Origin: the human T2T-CHM13v2.0 reference genome, Homo sapiens
Strand: one strand, 5' to 3'
Assembly: GCF_009914755.1 (NCBI RefSeq)
Contig: NC_060925.1
DNA: 64,000 nucleotides
Numbering within the stretch: position 1 is the stretch's first letter; each line of letters starts with the position of its first letter. This document shows positions 39,480 to 53,215 of this stretch, piece by piece. The translations under genes and the position numbers were made by a program. The notes beneath the pieces were generated by a model. It was not told where the DNA came from. It made no database searches and saw only the letters and a list, made by a program, of their open reading frames with translations.

Positions 39480-40818
39480 GACTTCTGGGTTTGAATTATT
39501 TTGAGAAAGGCCTTCGCCTTTCCGGACAAAGAACAACAAAAGAATGAAACATGTTTGCTTCAGTACTTTCGTGGTTTCATTTATTTATCTTTCGATCTTT
39601 GATCCATTCAAAATTAATGTCGGTGTAAGAAGTGATATGCAGTCTCAACCTACTTTTTTCCAGTCACCTAAATATCATTATTAAATAATCCATTTTTACC
39701 CACTCATTAGAAAAACTACATTCTCATATGTGTTTGTGTCTAATTCTGGATTCTTTATTTCTTGTTATCTTCCTAGCTCTTCTTTTAGTTTTTATTGTGG
39801 TCTATTTTAGATATAAAAAATGCATAGATTTTCAAGTGTTTGGTTTGGTAAGTGTTGGCAATCATATACACGTGTAACTATTTAAAATAAAACATAAAAC
39901 ATTTCCATCATTCCAGAAGATTCCCTCATGCTCCTTCCTGGTCAGTCTCCACTCCCATCATCCCAGAGGCAACAATTGAGGTTTTTCATCACAGATTTGT
40001 TTGGCTTGTTCTAAAATTTCATCCAGGTTGTTCTGTGAAGCAACAGTTTGCTCCTTTTGATTGCTCCACGATGTTTCATTACATGCATAATCCAGTCTCT
40101 TTAGCCAGTTTCCTACCAATAGACACATGGACCGTTTCCAGTTTTGGACAACTATGAATAAAGCCGTTATGAACATTCTTATACAAATCTTTTTGTGAAC
40201 GTATTTTTTCATTTCTCTTGGTGTAACTGCTATTTTTTTCATTTCTCTTGGTGGAGGGTAGGTGTTAACACAGCACTTTTGTCTCTTTATTTCTTCCCAA
40301 TACTTATACCCCTATTTTTTGTGAAATTATAGAGGCTAATATCTCCAAAGTAATGTCACATAAGAAACTATCAGACTTAAAAAAAATGGTTGTACCATTT
40401 TCTATTCCTGCCAACAGTATATAAGAATTCCAACTGATCTACAGCATTTGCTATATTTGTGGGGTTGTCAATCTTTTCAATTTTAACTATTCTGGTGGTT
40501 GGGTGGTTGTATCTTATTGTGGTTTAATTTGTATTTACATGATGACTAATGGTGTTGAGCATTTCTTCATTTGCCTATTGGCCATTTGCATAACTTTTGT
40601 GAAGTGTCCATGAAAATCTTTGGCCTAACTTAAAAATTAGGTTGTTTATCTTTTTAATTATTGAGTTGTAGGAGTACTTGATATATCCTGGATACCAGTC
40701 CTTTGTCTCACACACACACACACACAGACATACACGTATTTATGTTTTGTGAATATTTTCTACCAATCTGTAACTCACCTATTCATTCTCTCTCTCTCAC
40801 ACACACACACGCACACTA

Positions 40819-41080
40819 TTTTTTTTTTTTTTTTTTTTTGAGATAGGGTCACCCAGGCTGGAGTGCAGTGGTGTAATCATGGTTCACTGCAGCTTTGACC
40901 TCCTGGGCTTAAGCAATCTTCCCACCTCAGCCTCCAGAGTAGCTGAGACCACCAACACATGCCACCACATCCTGCTAATTTTTTTTTTTTTTTTTGTAGA
41001 GATGGGGGTCTCACTATGTTGCTTAGGTTGGTCTTGCACTCCCGGGCTCAAGCGATAATACCGCTTTTGCATCCCAAAGT
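40819..41080 (-). mobile_element. AluJ
   Basis: Poly-T then gagatagggtcacccaggctggagtgcagtgg...ggctcaagcgat. Confidence 0.88.
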
Positions 41081-42002
41081 CATTTTTTCAATGATGTCTT
41101 TTGATGGCAGAAGTGTCTAATTTCAAAATTTATAAATTGTTTTCTTTTATGGTTATTTTATGTCCTGACTTCTAAGAAATCTTTGCTTACCTCAGCGTCC
41201 CAAAAACATTCTATTTTTTACCTAGAAATTTTATGATTATGGCTTTTTCATTTATTTCTACGATCCATATAAATTAATGTTTGTGTTTGGAGTGAGATAA
41301 GGACTTTAACATTTTCCCATGTCGATATACAGTTGTTCCAACACCATTTGTTCAAAAAGAAGTTCCTTCCCCGGTAAATTGTTTTGGTCCTTTGGTTGAA
41401 ACTCAACCATATACATGAGATCTATTTCTGAATTTTACGTTCTGTTCCTTTGTTCTATTTGCATATGCTTACATTGATATCACATTGTCTTGATTACTGT
41501 AGCTTTATAGTAAGTCGTTAAGTCAGGCAGTGTTCTTCAAACTTGTTCTTCATTTTCAAGATTGTTTTAGCTATTCTGGATGCTTAAATTCTCACGTAAA
41601 TTTTCAGATCAACTTGTCTACTTCTTTAAAAGGGCCTACTCTTACTATAATAGGGATTGTGTTGAATCGATAGGTCATTTTGGGGAGAATGGACATCTTA
41701 ACCATATCAAGTCTTCTCTTAGCCATATTTTTAGACACGTTTACATATATTTTATTTGCTGTTTCTAGTATTTGATATTTTCTGATGACAATGTAAATGA
41801 TATTTTAAAATTTCAATTGTTTTTTTCTAGTATATAGAAATAAAATTGATTTTTATAAACTCACCTCATATCCTGCAAACTTGCTAAATTTATTTACTAG
41901 TTCTAGGAATTCTTCATAAATTCCACAGTTTTCTGATTGAACAATATATCATCTGCAAATTCCACATTTTAACTCATTCCTTTCCAACGTTTGTGTTTTT
42001 TA

Positions 42003-42340
<338 letters not shown>

Positions 42341-45300
42341 TAATGCACTAAAACTTCCAACTCAACGTCAAATACACATTCTTGCCTCATTGCTGAACTT
42401 AGGAAAAAAAGATTAAATGTTTCACCATTAAGCATGATGTTAGCTGTAGATGGCCTTTATCAGTTCGAGTAATTTACTATCTACTTCTAGTTTGCTGACA
42501 GTTTTTTTATAATGAATAGATTTAGAATTTTGCCAAATGATTTTTCTGCACCTATAGAAATAATCACGTGAATTTTCTCCTTTATTTTGTTAATATGGTG
42601 AATTACATTCATTTCTGAATGTTAAACTAATCTTGCACTTCTGGAACGAATCTCACTTGGTTATGATGTATTATTCCTTTAATATATTGCAGGATTCAAT
42701 TTACTAATATTTTGTTACAAGTTTTCACATCTCTATTCATGAGGAATATTTGTCTGCACTTCCTTTTCTTGTAGTATCTTTACTGGGTTTTGATATCAGG
42801 ATTATACTGGTCTCCTAAAATGAGTTAGGAAGTGTTCATATTATTTTCTCTATAAATGACAAAAACTGGCATTTATTGCTGATTTTTAAAAGCTCTATTT
42901 TCTGAAATAGTTTGTGTAGAATTAGTATTATTTCTTCCTTCCTTAAAAGTTTAATAGAATTCACCAGCAAAGACCATCTGGACCTGGAGTTTTCTTTGTG
43001 GGAAGGGTTTTTATTGTAAATTTTGTTTCTTTAGTAGATATAGGACTATTTGGGTTCTCTATTTCTTCTTTTGTCAGTTTTGCTAGAGTTGCATTTTTAA
43101 GGAATTGTCCATTTCATCTAAGTTGTCAAAATTTGCATAAAATTATCTATAATGTTCCCCAGCTATCCTTGAATGTTTTTCATGTGACCTTTAGAATCTG
43201 TCAATTTTCCCATGACAAAAAGTGCTTCAACTCAATTCTTCTATTTCTTAAGCAACCAGATAGACTACATATCCTAGCCTTTCTTGTAATTAAATGTGGT
43301 CATATGATTGATTGAATTCTAGCCAATGGAATGTGAGTGGAAGTGATGTGTATCACTTCTAGGACTGGCCTTAAAAACCTTCAATGTTTGGTCATTCATG
43401 TTCCTCTACCAGCTGGAGGCAGATGAGCACAGTCACCTTGGAAACCATGTGTTGAAAACAAGAGAGACACAGGATTAAAGAAATCTGAATAGGAGAGGGG
43501 AAGTAAAGAGAGAAAGGGAGGGAGAGAAAGAAACAGAGAGAGAAAAACCTGCCAATCAGGAATATCTATTTTGAACTTCACATAAGCTAAAATTAAATAT
43601 CTACCATATTCTAGCCATTATATATTGAGGAAGAACTCTATTTTCATTTTTATTGGAATCATTCTAAATGTATACATTAATTTAGGGAACTGATTTTGTT
43701 AAAATACTATCTTCCTTTCCAAAATAGGACACCTCTTTCTATTTATTCTTATTGTGTTTTAGGTGTCCAGTAACATTAAAATTTTTTTATATAGATCTTG
43801 CATGTTTCCTATTAAATGTGTTGCAAGATATTTTATAATTTTTGCTACTTTTATAGATGGAATCTTTATCTTTTCTAACTCATTGTCATATAAGAAAGTT
43901 ATTAATTTTTATATTTTAATTTTTACCCATTTATCACACCAAATCATCTTATTTGTAATAGTTTTTTAAGGTTTTTCAAGTGTATAATCATATCATATGC
44001 AAATAACACAGCACTTTTGTCTCTTTATTTCTTTCCAATACTTATACCTCTCTTTTTTGTGAAATTATAGTGGCTGATATCTCCAAAGTAATGTCAACTA
44101 AGGCTGGTGAAAGGGGACATCCTTGTCCTGCTCACAAATTTGTTGGGAATCCTTCAAATTTTTCATCATTATGCAAATGGATGGCATTTGCTTTGATATT
44201 GTCTCATTAAGGAAATATCCACCTATTTCTATTTTATCAAGAAGTTTTTAAAAATCAGGAATGGATGTTGAATTTTATCAAATGCCTTTTTGATATCTAT
44301 AGGGAAAATAACATGATTTTCCCCTCTTTTGATGTACTATATTTACATGACATTTATATTAATATTACATTATTGATTGTAATGTAATGTAATGTAATGT
44401 AAAATCAACTAAATTAGTTGATTTTCTAAAATTGAACCATCCTTGCATTTCTGGTATAAACTCCAAAGGTTTGTTACAACAGTAAGCTATTTCCTTAATA
44501 TGTGTCTGTATTTTAAAGTATATTCCTAAAACTATTTCTTTACTTAGGATAGTTGCAACCTCAATGTTAATGTGAGCTGACTTATTGTGTTCTATTCTGT
44601 GCTTTCTTGCATTTTGCTATCAATGTTAAATGGCATTCATGAAAAATAACTGGAAGCTCTTCTATGCTCTGGAACCACTTATGTAGCATTGGAGATATCT
44701 ATTTCTAAAAGGCTTTGAAGAATTTACTTGTGAATCTTTAAAGTATAGTGGTTTTGGGGACTTGCAAAATGAAGATATTCTGATATTCCTTTATCATGTG
44801 TTACCTAGAATATCTCTATCAAGGGAAATTTCTCTTTATCAACTATTAGTTTACCACAAGGTAAACAACTTTGTAAACAATTTGCTTAACAATTTTCTTT
44901 GTTTATATTACACTATTTGGTCCTTTGAGATTTTCTTTCAGAAAAGGCAAATTTAATCCCATCACATACTTGTTTAGACTGGAACACCTGCAGTGACTAT
45001 GCCTCATGGTAAACTAATAGTTGAAAAAGAGAAATTTCCCTTGATAGAGATATTTTAGCTAACAAATGATAAAGAAATATCAGAATATCTTCATTTTGCA
45101 AGCCCTAGTTAAATAATGGGAAAATGGATCTAGTCAATGTTCTTAAATAGCAGCTAATATCACAAAATGAGGACAACCTCACATTTAATTCCTCCTGATA
45201 GAAGTTCACAATACTGTCTATGAATTACTTTTGCTATACATTCAAGCCTCTAGATCTAACTCTGGTTGCCAGGAGCCAGTCTCATGGACAAGTGTGGAGA

Positions 45301-46759
45301 GGTTCTCAAGCCCTTTTTTTTGCTCCTTGTGAGCCTCTCCCAGCCCGATCCCACCTTGCACAGATGAGAAAACTGAGACTTGGTAAAGAAGTCACCTGCC
45401 CACTTTTTAGCTGTGTGTCCTTGGACAGGGAATTTAGTCTCTCTGAGCTTGATGTCATATTACACACTCAAGACAAACCATAATGCCTACCCCAGTGGCC
45501 CCTGACATGTGCATGCTCACCGATGTTTGTTCCTCTTTCCAAAAAGAACAAAAAGACCCATCCTAGATCAATGCACTCAGCCTGCCACTCCCTCTATTAG
45601 CTGGGGTATAGGCTGGGGTAAGTCCTTTCCTATTGCCAGCCTCAGTGTTTCCATCTGCCAAATGAGTGTTTCTGGGAGCTTGATCATCACTGCCTTCCTC
45701 TCTTGTAACTCTGTCCTGGGACCTGGGTAGTGTAAGCACCCAAACAAGAGATGGCAGACCCTTGGGCTTCTGGGCCTGCTGTCACCCTGTGCAGTGGGGG
45801 GCTGCCTGCTGGAACGGAGATTTCTGCAGATCCTTGGACCAAGTTGGGCCAGGAATTAGTCAGCAGGACAAATTATGTGAGACAGATCCTTGATTATCTC
45901 CTTCTGCCGCCCCATGTTTGACCCCATGGCCTTCCTGCAGCTGAGCTCCTCTCTGCTTCTTGCAGCCCAGAATAGAGCCCCTTCCTGCGTATAGCTGCCC
46001 CAGAGTGTCCAGCCTGCCCCCATCCAGAGCTCCCTGGCCCAGAGGACAAAGGCCAAGGGCTTCAGCCTGGTTGCTGTCCACCCAGGGACCCCTGTCAGGA
46101 CCTCTGGACTCCTAGGTCCTGTATGGAGATCCCAGACCCTCCTTGTCCAGCCCTCCTCTACCTCTTTGCTCAGGCTGTTCTGCACACCTGCAACAGGTAC
46201 CCTGAAGAGAATAACGTTTGACCTTGAAAGACAGCTCATCTGTCTACCTCCTCTACCTCCTCCAGGAAGTCTCCCATGACTGCCCTACCCACAAAGACCT
46301 CTCCCTCCACTGAGTTCCCTGTGTGTCTCACTCCGTGTGTATCTCAGTGACTAGACAGTGAGGGCCATGAGGGTAGGGGCAGGACATGACTCAGCCCAAG
46401 GACCTGGGAGGCAGTTTGGGCCAGAACTAGGTTTAAATTGCACATCAGCCATCTTTAAGCATTTTGACCTCTCTGAGCTGTAGTTTCTCATCTGTACAAT
46501 GGGAATAATGTCAATTATCTGTTCCAGAAGTACAACTCCTTCTGTCTGGAAGGACAGGAACCAACACTTATCAGCAAAGATGTGGGCCCAGAGTCCAGAG
46601 CCCAGAGCCCAGAACCTGGCCCCGGATATTAATCTACTAATTCTCACCCTGTCACAGAGCTTTACAGCTGCTCTCTGCGGAATCCCCTTATCGCCTTAAT
46701 CTGCCTTAGACCTCACTTTTTTTCCAATAAAGGGAGGGGCCATCCCATCCTGGAGTGGG

Positions 46760-47768
46760 TGTAGGGTCCAGCCCCACAGGGTTGGTGGGTCTCTCCCTGT
46801 GTGTGGCGATGAGAGAGTGTAGAAATAAAGACACAAGACAGAGATAAAGAAAAGACAGCTGGGCCCCGGGGACCACTACCACCAATGCGCGGAGACCGGT
46901 AGTGGCCCCGAATGTCTGGCTGCACTGTTATTTATTGGATACAAAGCAAAAGGGGCAGGGTAAAGAGTGTGAGTCATCTCCAATGATAGGTAAGGTCACG
47001 TGGGTCACATGTCCACTGGACAGGGGGCTGGCCCTTCCCTGCCTGGTAGCCGAGGCAGAGAGAGAGAGGAGACAAAGAGAAAGACAGCTTACGCCATTAT
47101 TTCTGCATATCAGAGACTTTTAGTACTTTCACTAATTTACTACTGCTATCTAGAAGGCAGAGCCAGGTGTACAGGATGGAACATGAAGGTGGACTAGGAG
47201 CGTGACCACTGAAGCACAGCATCCCAGGGAGACGGTTAGGCCTCTAGATAACTGCGGGCGAGCCTGACTAATGTCAGGCCCTCTACAAGAGGTGGAGGAG
47301 CAGAGTCTTCTCTAAACTCCCCTGGGGAAAGGGAGACTCCCTTTCCCGGTCTGCTAAGTAGCGGGTGTTGTTCCATGACACTTTTCGCTACTGCTAGACC
47401 ACGGTCCGCCTGGCAATGGGCGTCTTCCCAGACGCTGGCGTCACCGCTAGACCAAGGAGCCCTTCTGGTGGCCCTGTCTGGGCATAACAGAAGGCTCGCA
47501 CTCTTGTCTTCTGGTCACTTCTCACTGTGTCCCCTCAGCTCCTATCTCCGTATGGCCTGGTTTTTCCTAGGTTATGATTATAGAGCGAGGATTATTATAA
47601 TATTGGAATAAAGAGTAATTGCTACAAACTAATGATTAATGATATTCATATATAATCATATCTAAGATCTATATCTGGTATAACTATTCTTGTTTTATAT
47701 TTTATTATACTGGAACAGCTCGTGTCCTCGGTCTCTTGCCTTGGCGCCTGGGTGGCTTGCCGCCCACA
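46760..47768 (-). mobile_element. Full-length solo LTR13 (ERVK-family), 1009 bp
   Basis: Minus strand begins TGTGGGCGGCAAGCCACCCAGGCGCC and ends GGGGCTGGACCCTACA (TG...CA). 6-bp flanks AGTGGG (46754-59) / CGTGGG (47769-74). AATAAA on minus at 46931-36. Confidence 0.9.
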
Positions 47769-48200
47769 CGTGGGGAACCAGAGAATGGGAAGGCCTGGCT
47801 GTGGGTCCTGATTGGACCTGGGTGAACCCAGAAGGAAGTGCTGAGTCTGGGAGCTTCCCCTGGCTGTGCGCAGGGAGTCAGAGTGGGAGGGGCTTCCAAG
47901 CTGCCCTAAATGTCCTAGCCAGAAGACATACACTCTGTCACTCACAAAATACCCACAGGCCTGTGCCAGGTGCTGCAGACTCTGGGGGAGTCCCTCAGGA
48001 AGCCCACAGACTGCTAGAGATGATGCCTCCCAGTGCCATCTAGGGACACCCAGGGTCTGTAGGACACCCAGGAGCCCCTGGCCTAACCTGGAGCCTAGGA
48101 GGGCTTTTCTTCCAGGGCAGATGGGGTGCTGGGTTCTAGGGGGTGACTGGGGCCATGGGGTGGAGGAAGGAGGAGGCCAGCACTAAGCGGCACTGAGGGC

Positions 48201-48364
48201 GAGGCCGGCTGCCAGGGCCTGCGATCTGTGCAACTGCACAAGACTCTGCATTCGGAAGGGTTTAATGCTCTGCAGGCATCATCCTGAAATGCTTGATAAT
48301 TTTTTAACAAGGAGCGCTACATTTTCATTTTACACTGGATCTCATAAATTATGTACCAGCGTTG
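48201..48364 (+). mobile_element. MER45A-like hAT DNA transposon relic
   Basis: ggccggctgcca...ggtttaatgctctgc...cattttcattttacactgg...aaattatgta resembles the recalled MER45A consensus. Confidence 0.65.
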
Positions 48365-50099
48365 TAGGGAGTGGGGGTGAGCCTGTCACCAAAGGGGGCT
48401 GGGAAAATAGCCTCCCACAAAGAAAGGGCAGAATTCGAGGTCAGGAGTAAGTCCTTGACAAATGCGTATGACCCTAGACAAGTCCCTTTCCTCACACAGG
48501 CTGCTTCCCCTTAGGATCAGTGAGGGGCAATCAGGTGGAGAGATTTAAAAGCATTAGAATGGGATAGGGAAGGGAAGAGTAGGCAAATTCAGCACAGAGG
48601 TGGTTCCTGGCCCCTTTTCTGCTCCACCCCATTGTCCCGTCCCTCCTGGGCCCTCCTGGGAGCTAATCTGATTATAGAATCCTGTGGAATGTGCTGATGG
48701 TGCCAATGGGTTCCTTGTTCTCCCTGCAAACACCCTATTTACATTGTTCTGGGGTCTTCATTCCTCTGAGGAGCTGGTCGCCATCCTGGAGGAACTCCAG
48801 TCCCCTACAGGGTGGTGGGACTGTGCCCCCTCCCACTGCCTCCCTCACAGCTGACCCTTTCATAGAAAATCAAGCTCTTTCAAGATCTGCTCCTGCCTGG
48901 GTATAATGCTGTGGCCCAAGGCCCTCCAGTCCCGAGGCTAGTCCCTGTAAGCTTTGATAAGACACCCCCTCCATTCTCCTTCACCCAGCCTGAGACCCTG
49001 TGTCCCTAGGCTGCCTTACAGGGCCAGATCACACACCCACGAGTCCGTGGGTCCCAGAGCAGTGACCCTGACAACTCTGAAGAACTGGGGGAGGCCCAGC
49101 GCCTCTGATGTGTGCCCCCAACAAAAGCCATCTAGGGCCCATTTTACACTCAGACAGAGGCCTGTGTGCCTGAGCGGGGTGGGTGAACTCAAAGGGTCAC
49201 CGTAGTTAAAGGGTCTGGCATGGGAAACTAGGCCTTTTGGGATCCAAGCTGCAGCCCAATATCTCAACCCCACCACCACCAACAGATTGCGGGGCTGTGT
49301 GTGAAGCAGGTAGCCCACTCCACCTGAAATAGACCCCAGTGGTACTCTCACCCTCCCGCAAACCTGCTTCTCCTCTGTCCCCACCTCCAAGGGACCCTTC
49401 ATCCCTCAGGCACCCAAGCCAGGAATCTGGATATCAACCTAGACCCCTCCCTCTGGGTACTGAGTCCCCTCTACTCTTCCCTACCTGGCTGTCACCCAGG
49501 AGGCTGCTTTGCATGGGCAAGTTCTGTGGTTTCCAGTTGGGTTTGGCCAACGGGAGGTACCATCTCCAACAGGAGATGGGGAAGCAGGAGTGAGGTTGGG
49601 GTGTCTGCTCCAGGCCCCCTACTTCCAGGCCATGGGTAGGCTGGTCCCTCCTGTCAAGCACCTTCTCCCACAGCCACCCTGTCTGGTTCCGGCGGCCTTG
49701 CCCTCCCTCTGCCTGGGGGTGGTGACATCTCCCACATGTGGCCAGCCCAGGTGCTGCACCATCCCTTGTTAGTTTCCCTTAACATGTCCCGGCTTTAGTC
49801 ACAAGTACCTTGGTTACTCTTCTCCATTCCCCATCTGGAGTGCACCATCTGCTTCCTGCCAGGGCCCTGTGGGAAACACCCTCTGCCCCCACCCCATTCC
49901 CACCAAGAAATACCCAGTCCTCTCGATTCTGCTTCCTAAGTAACTCCCCAACCCACCTTCTTCTCCTGTGTCCCAGGTGCCATATAAACACCCTGGATGC
50001 TCCTAATGGGTCTCTCCACTCCACCCTGGATCCCCCACCTCACCCTTCACAAGCACCCACGGGAGGTTTCTTCAAATGCAAAACTTCAAAGAAATATTT

Positions 50100-50745
50100 T
50101 TAATATTAAAGACATTTTATCATGAAAGCAATACTTGCTTATTGTGCAAAATGTCAAACACTACAGAGAGGTATAAAATGAGAAGTAGAAATGCCCTCCT
50201 CCCCAGTCCCCACCCTTACTCCCAGGGTCCCTTTCCGTAGAGCCGCCAAGTTCTGGTTCCTTGTGGGTCCCGCTATGCACCTTCCATCCATATGTGCACA
50301 TACCAATGTGCAGCTCTTTTTATTCATGTAGTGGATTCGGATCACACATATAATATGCCTGTGACGACTTTTGCACTTGTAACCTATCTTGGAGAACTTC
50401 ACATGTCCACACTTGTAGATTTAACTCCTCTTTGATGGCTACTTAGTATTTCATGATACAGATCTCCCAGTTTTCCCATCCATTGCCCTATAAATGACCA
50501 TTCGGTTCTTTTCACAGTTTAGTTGGCTACCAACAGTGCCACCACTGGAATTCTGTCCAGGTATCGCTCTGCCTGTGGGTGGACATTTCTGCAGGATTGA
50601 CTTGCTGGGTCAAAGGGTATATGCATGTAACATTTGAAGGATGTGTCAAATTGTCCCCCTAAAACACTGCTCCAAACTACACTTGCACCAACAGAATATA
50701 AGGGTGTCTGTCTACTTCCCCACATTTTGTCAACACTGGGTTTTA
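50100..50745 (-). mobile_element. Old L1ME-type 3' fragment
   Basis: ttgctgggtcaaagggtatatgcat...ttccccacattttgtcaacactggg. Confidence 0.65.
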
Positions 50746-50811
50746 AGAAGATAATCTTACCATGCAAATTTCCTGCTTAAAACCCCTCACACCTCAAGGA
50801 GTTGGAGCATA

Positions 50812-51196
<385 letters not shown>

Positions 51197-51996
51197 TTAC
51201 AGTGGAGAAGTCTCACTACCTCAGCCGGGTGACCGAGCTCAACGGTAACAGAGGTAAGTCATGGTGACAGGGCACACCTTTGTTATGATGGCGTAAAAAT
51301 CACCCTTTGCTTCTGTGGTCTTCCTCCCCAAAACCCACAACCGCAGTCTAACTGTGAGAAAAGCGCGGGACAAATCCGAATTGAAGGACAGTCTCCTCAA
51401 AACTGTCAAGGTCATCAAAGACAAGGAAAGTCTGAGAAACTGTCACAACCAAGAGGAGCCTAGGGAGACACACCGACTGAATGCAATGTGGGGTCCTAGA
51501 TGGGGTCCCGGCCCAGAAAAGGACGTTCGGGAAAACAAAGGAAATCTGAATCATCTATGGACTTCAGTTCATGACTGACATAGGTTCAGTTCATGGACTG
51601 ACATAGGTTCAATAATTGTAACAAATATACCCACACTCAGGTAAGATGCTAATATTAGGGGAAACAGTATACATAAACTCTATACAAACTTGGAATTCGT
51701 TTCTGAAACTTTAAATCTGTTCTAAAATACAAAGTTAGAAGAAAAATCTCACATCAAGAGCAAGCCTCCCACAGGCACGCAGTGGCCTCTGCGACCGGGC
51801 CCTGGCCTCCTGTTGAGTTATGTCTCCCTTCTCTCCCTTCTAGGTACCTCCCATTCCTGCCATATCTGCAAGTCAAAATTTCTAGACAGCCCCATGATAT
51901 TCAGTTCTCTGGGCTGTTGAAAATTATGCACACGCCGCCCCACCACCACCACCTGCCCCGTGAACACTTCCTACTCAAGAACAAACTCCAAGATAA

Positions 51997-53215
<1,219 letters not shown>

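Noticed and set aside
51563-51611. ~22-bp tandem duplication ttcagttcatg(g)actgacatagg
   Set aside because: Simple slippage duplicate inside an L1 fragment with no spacers; not CRISPR-like or otherwise structured.
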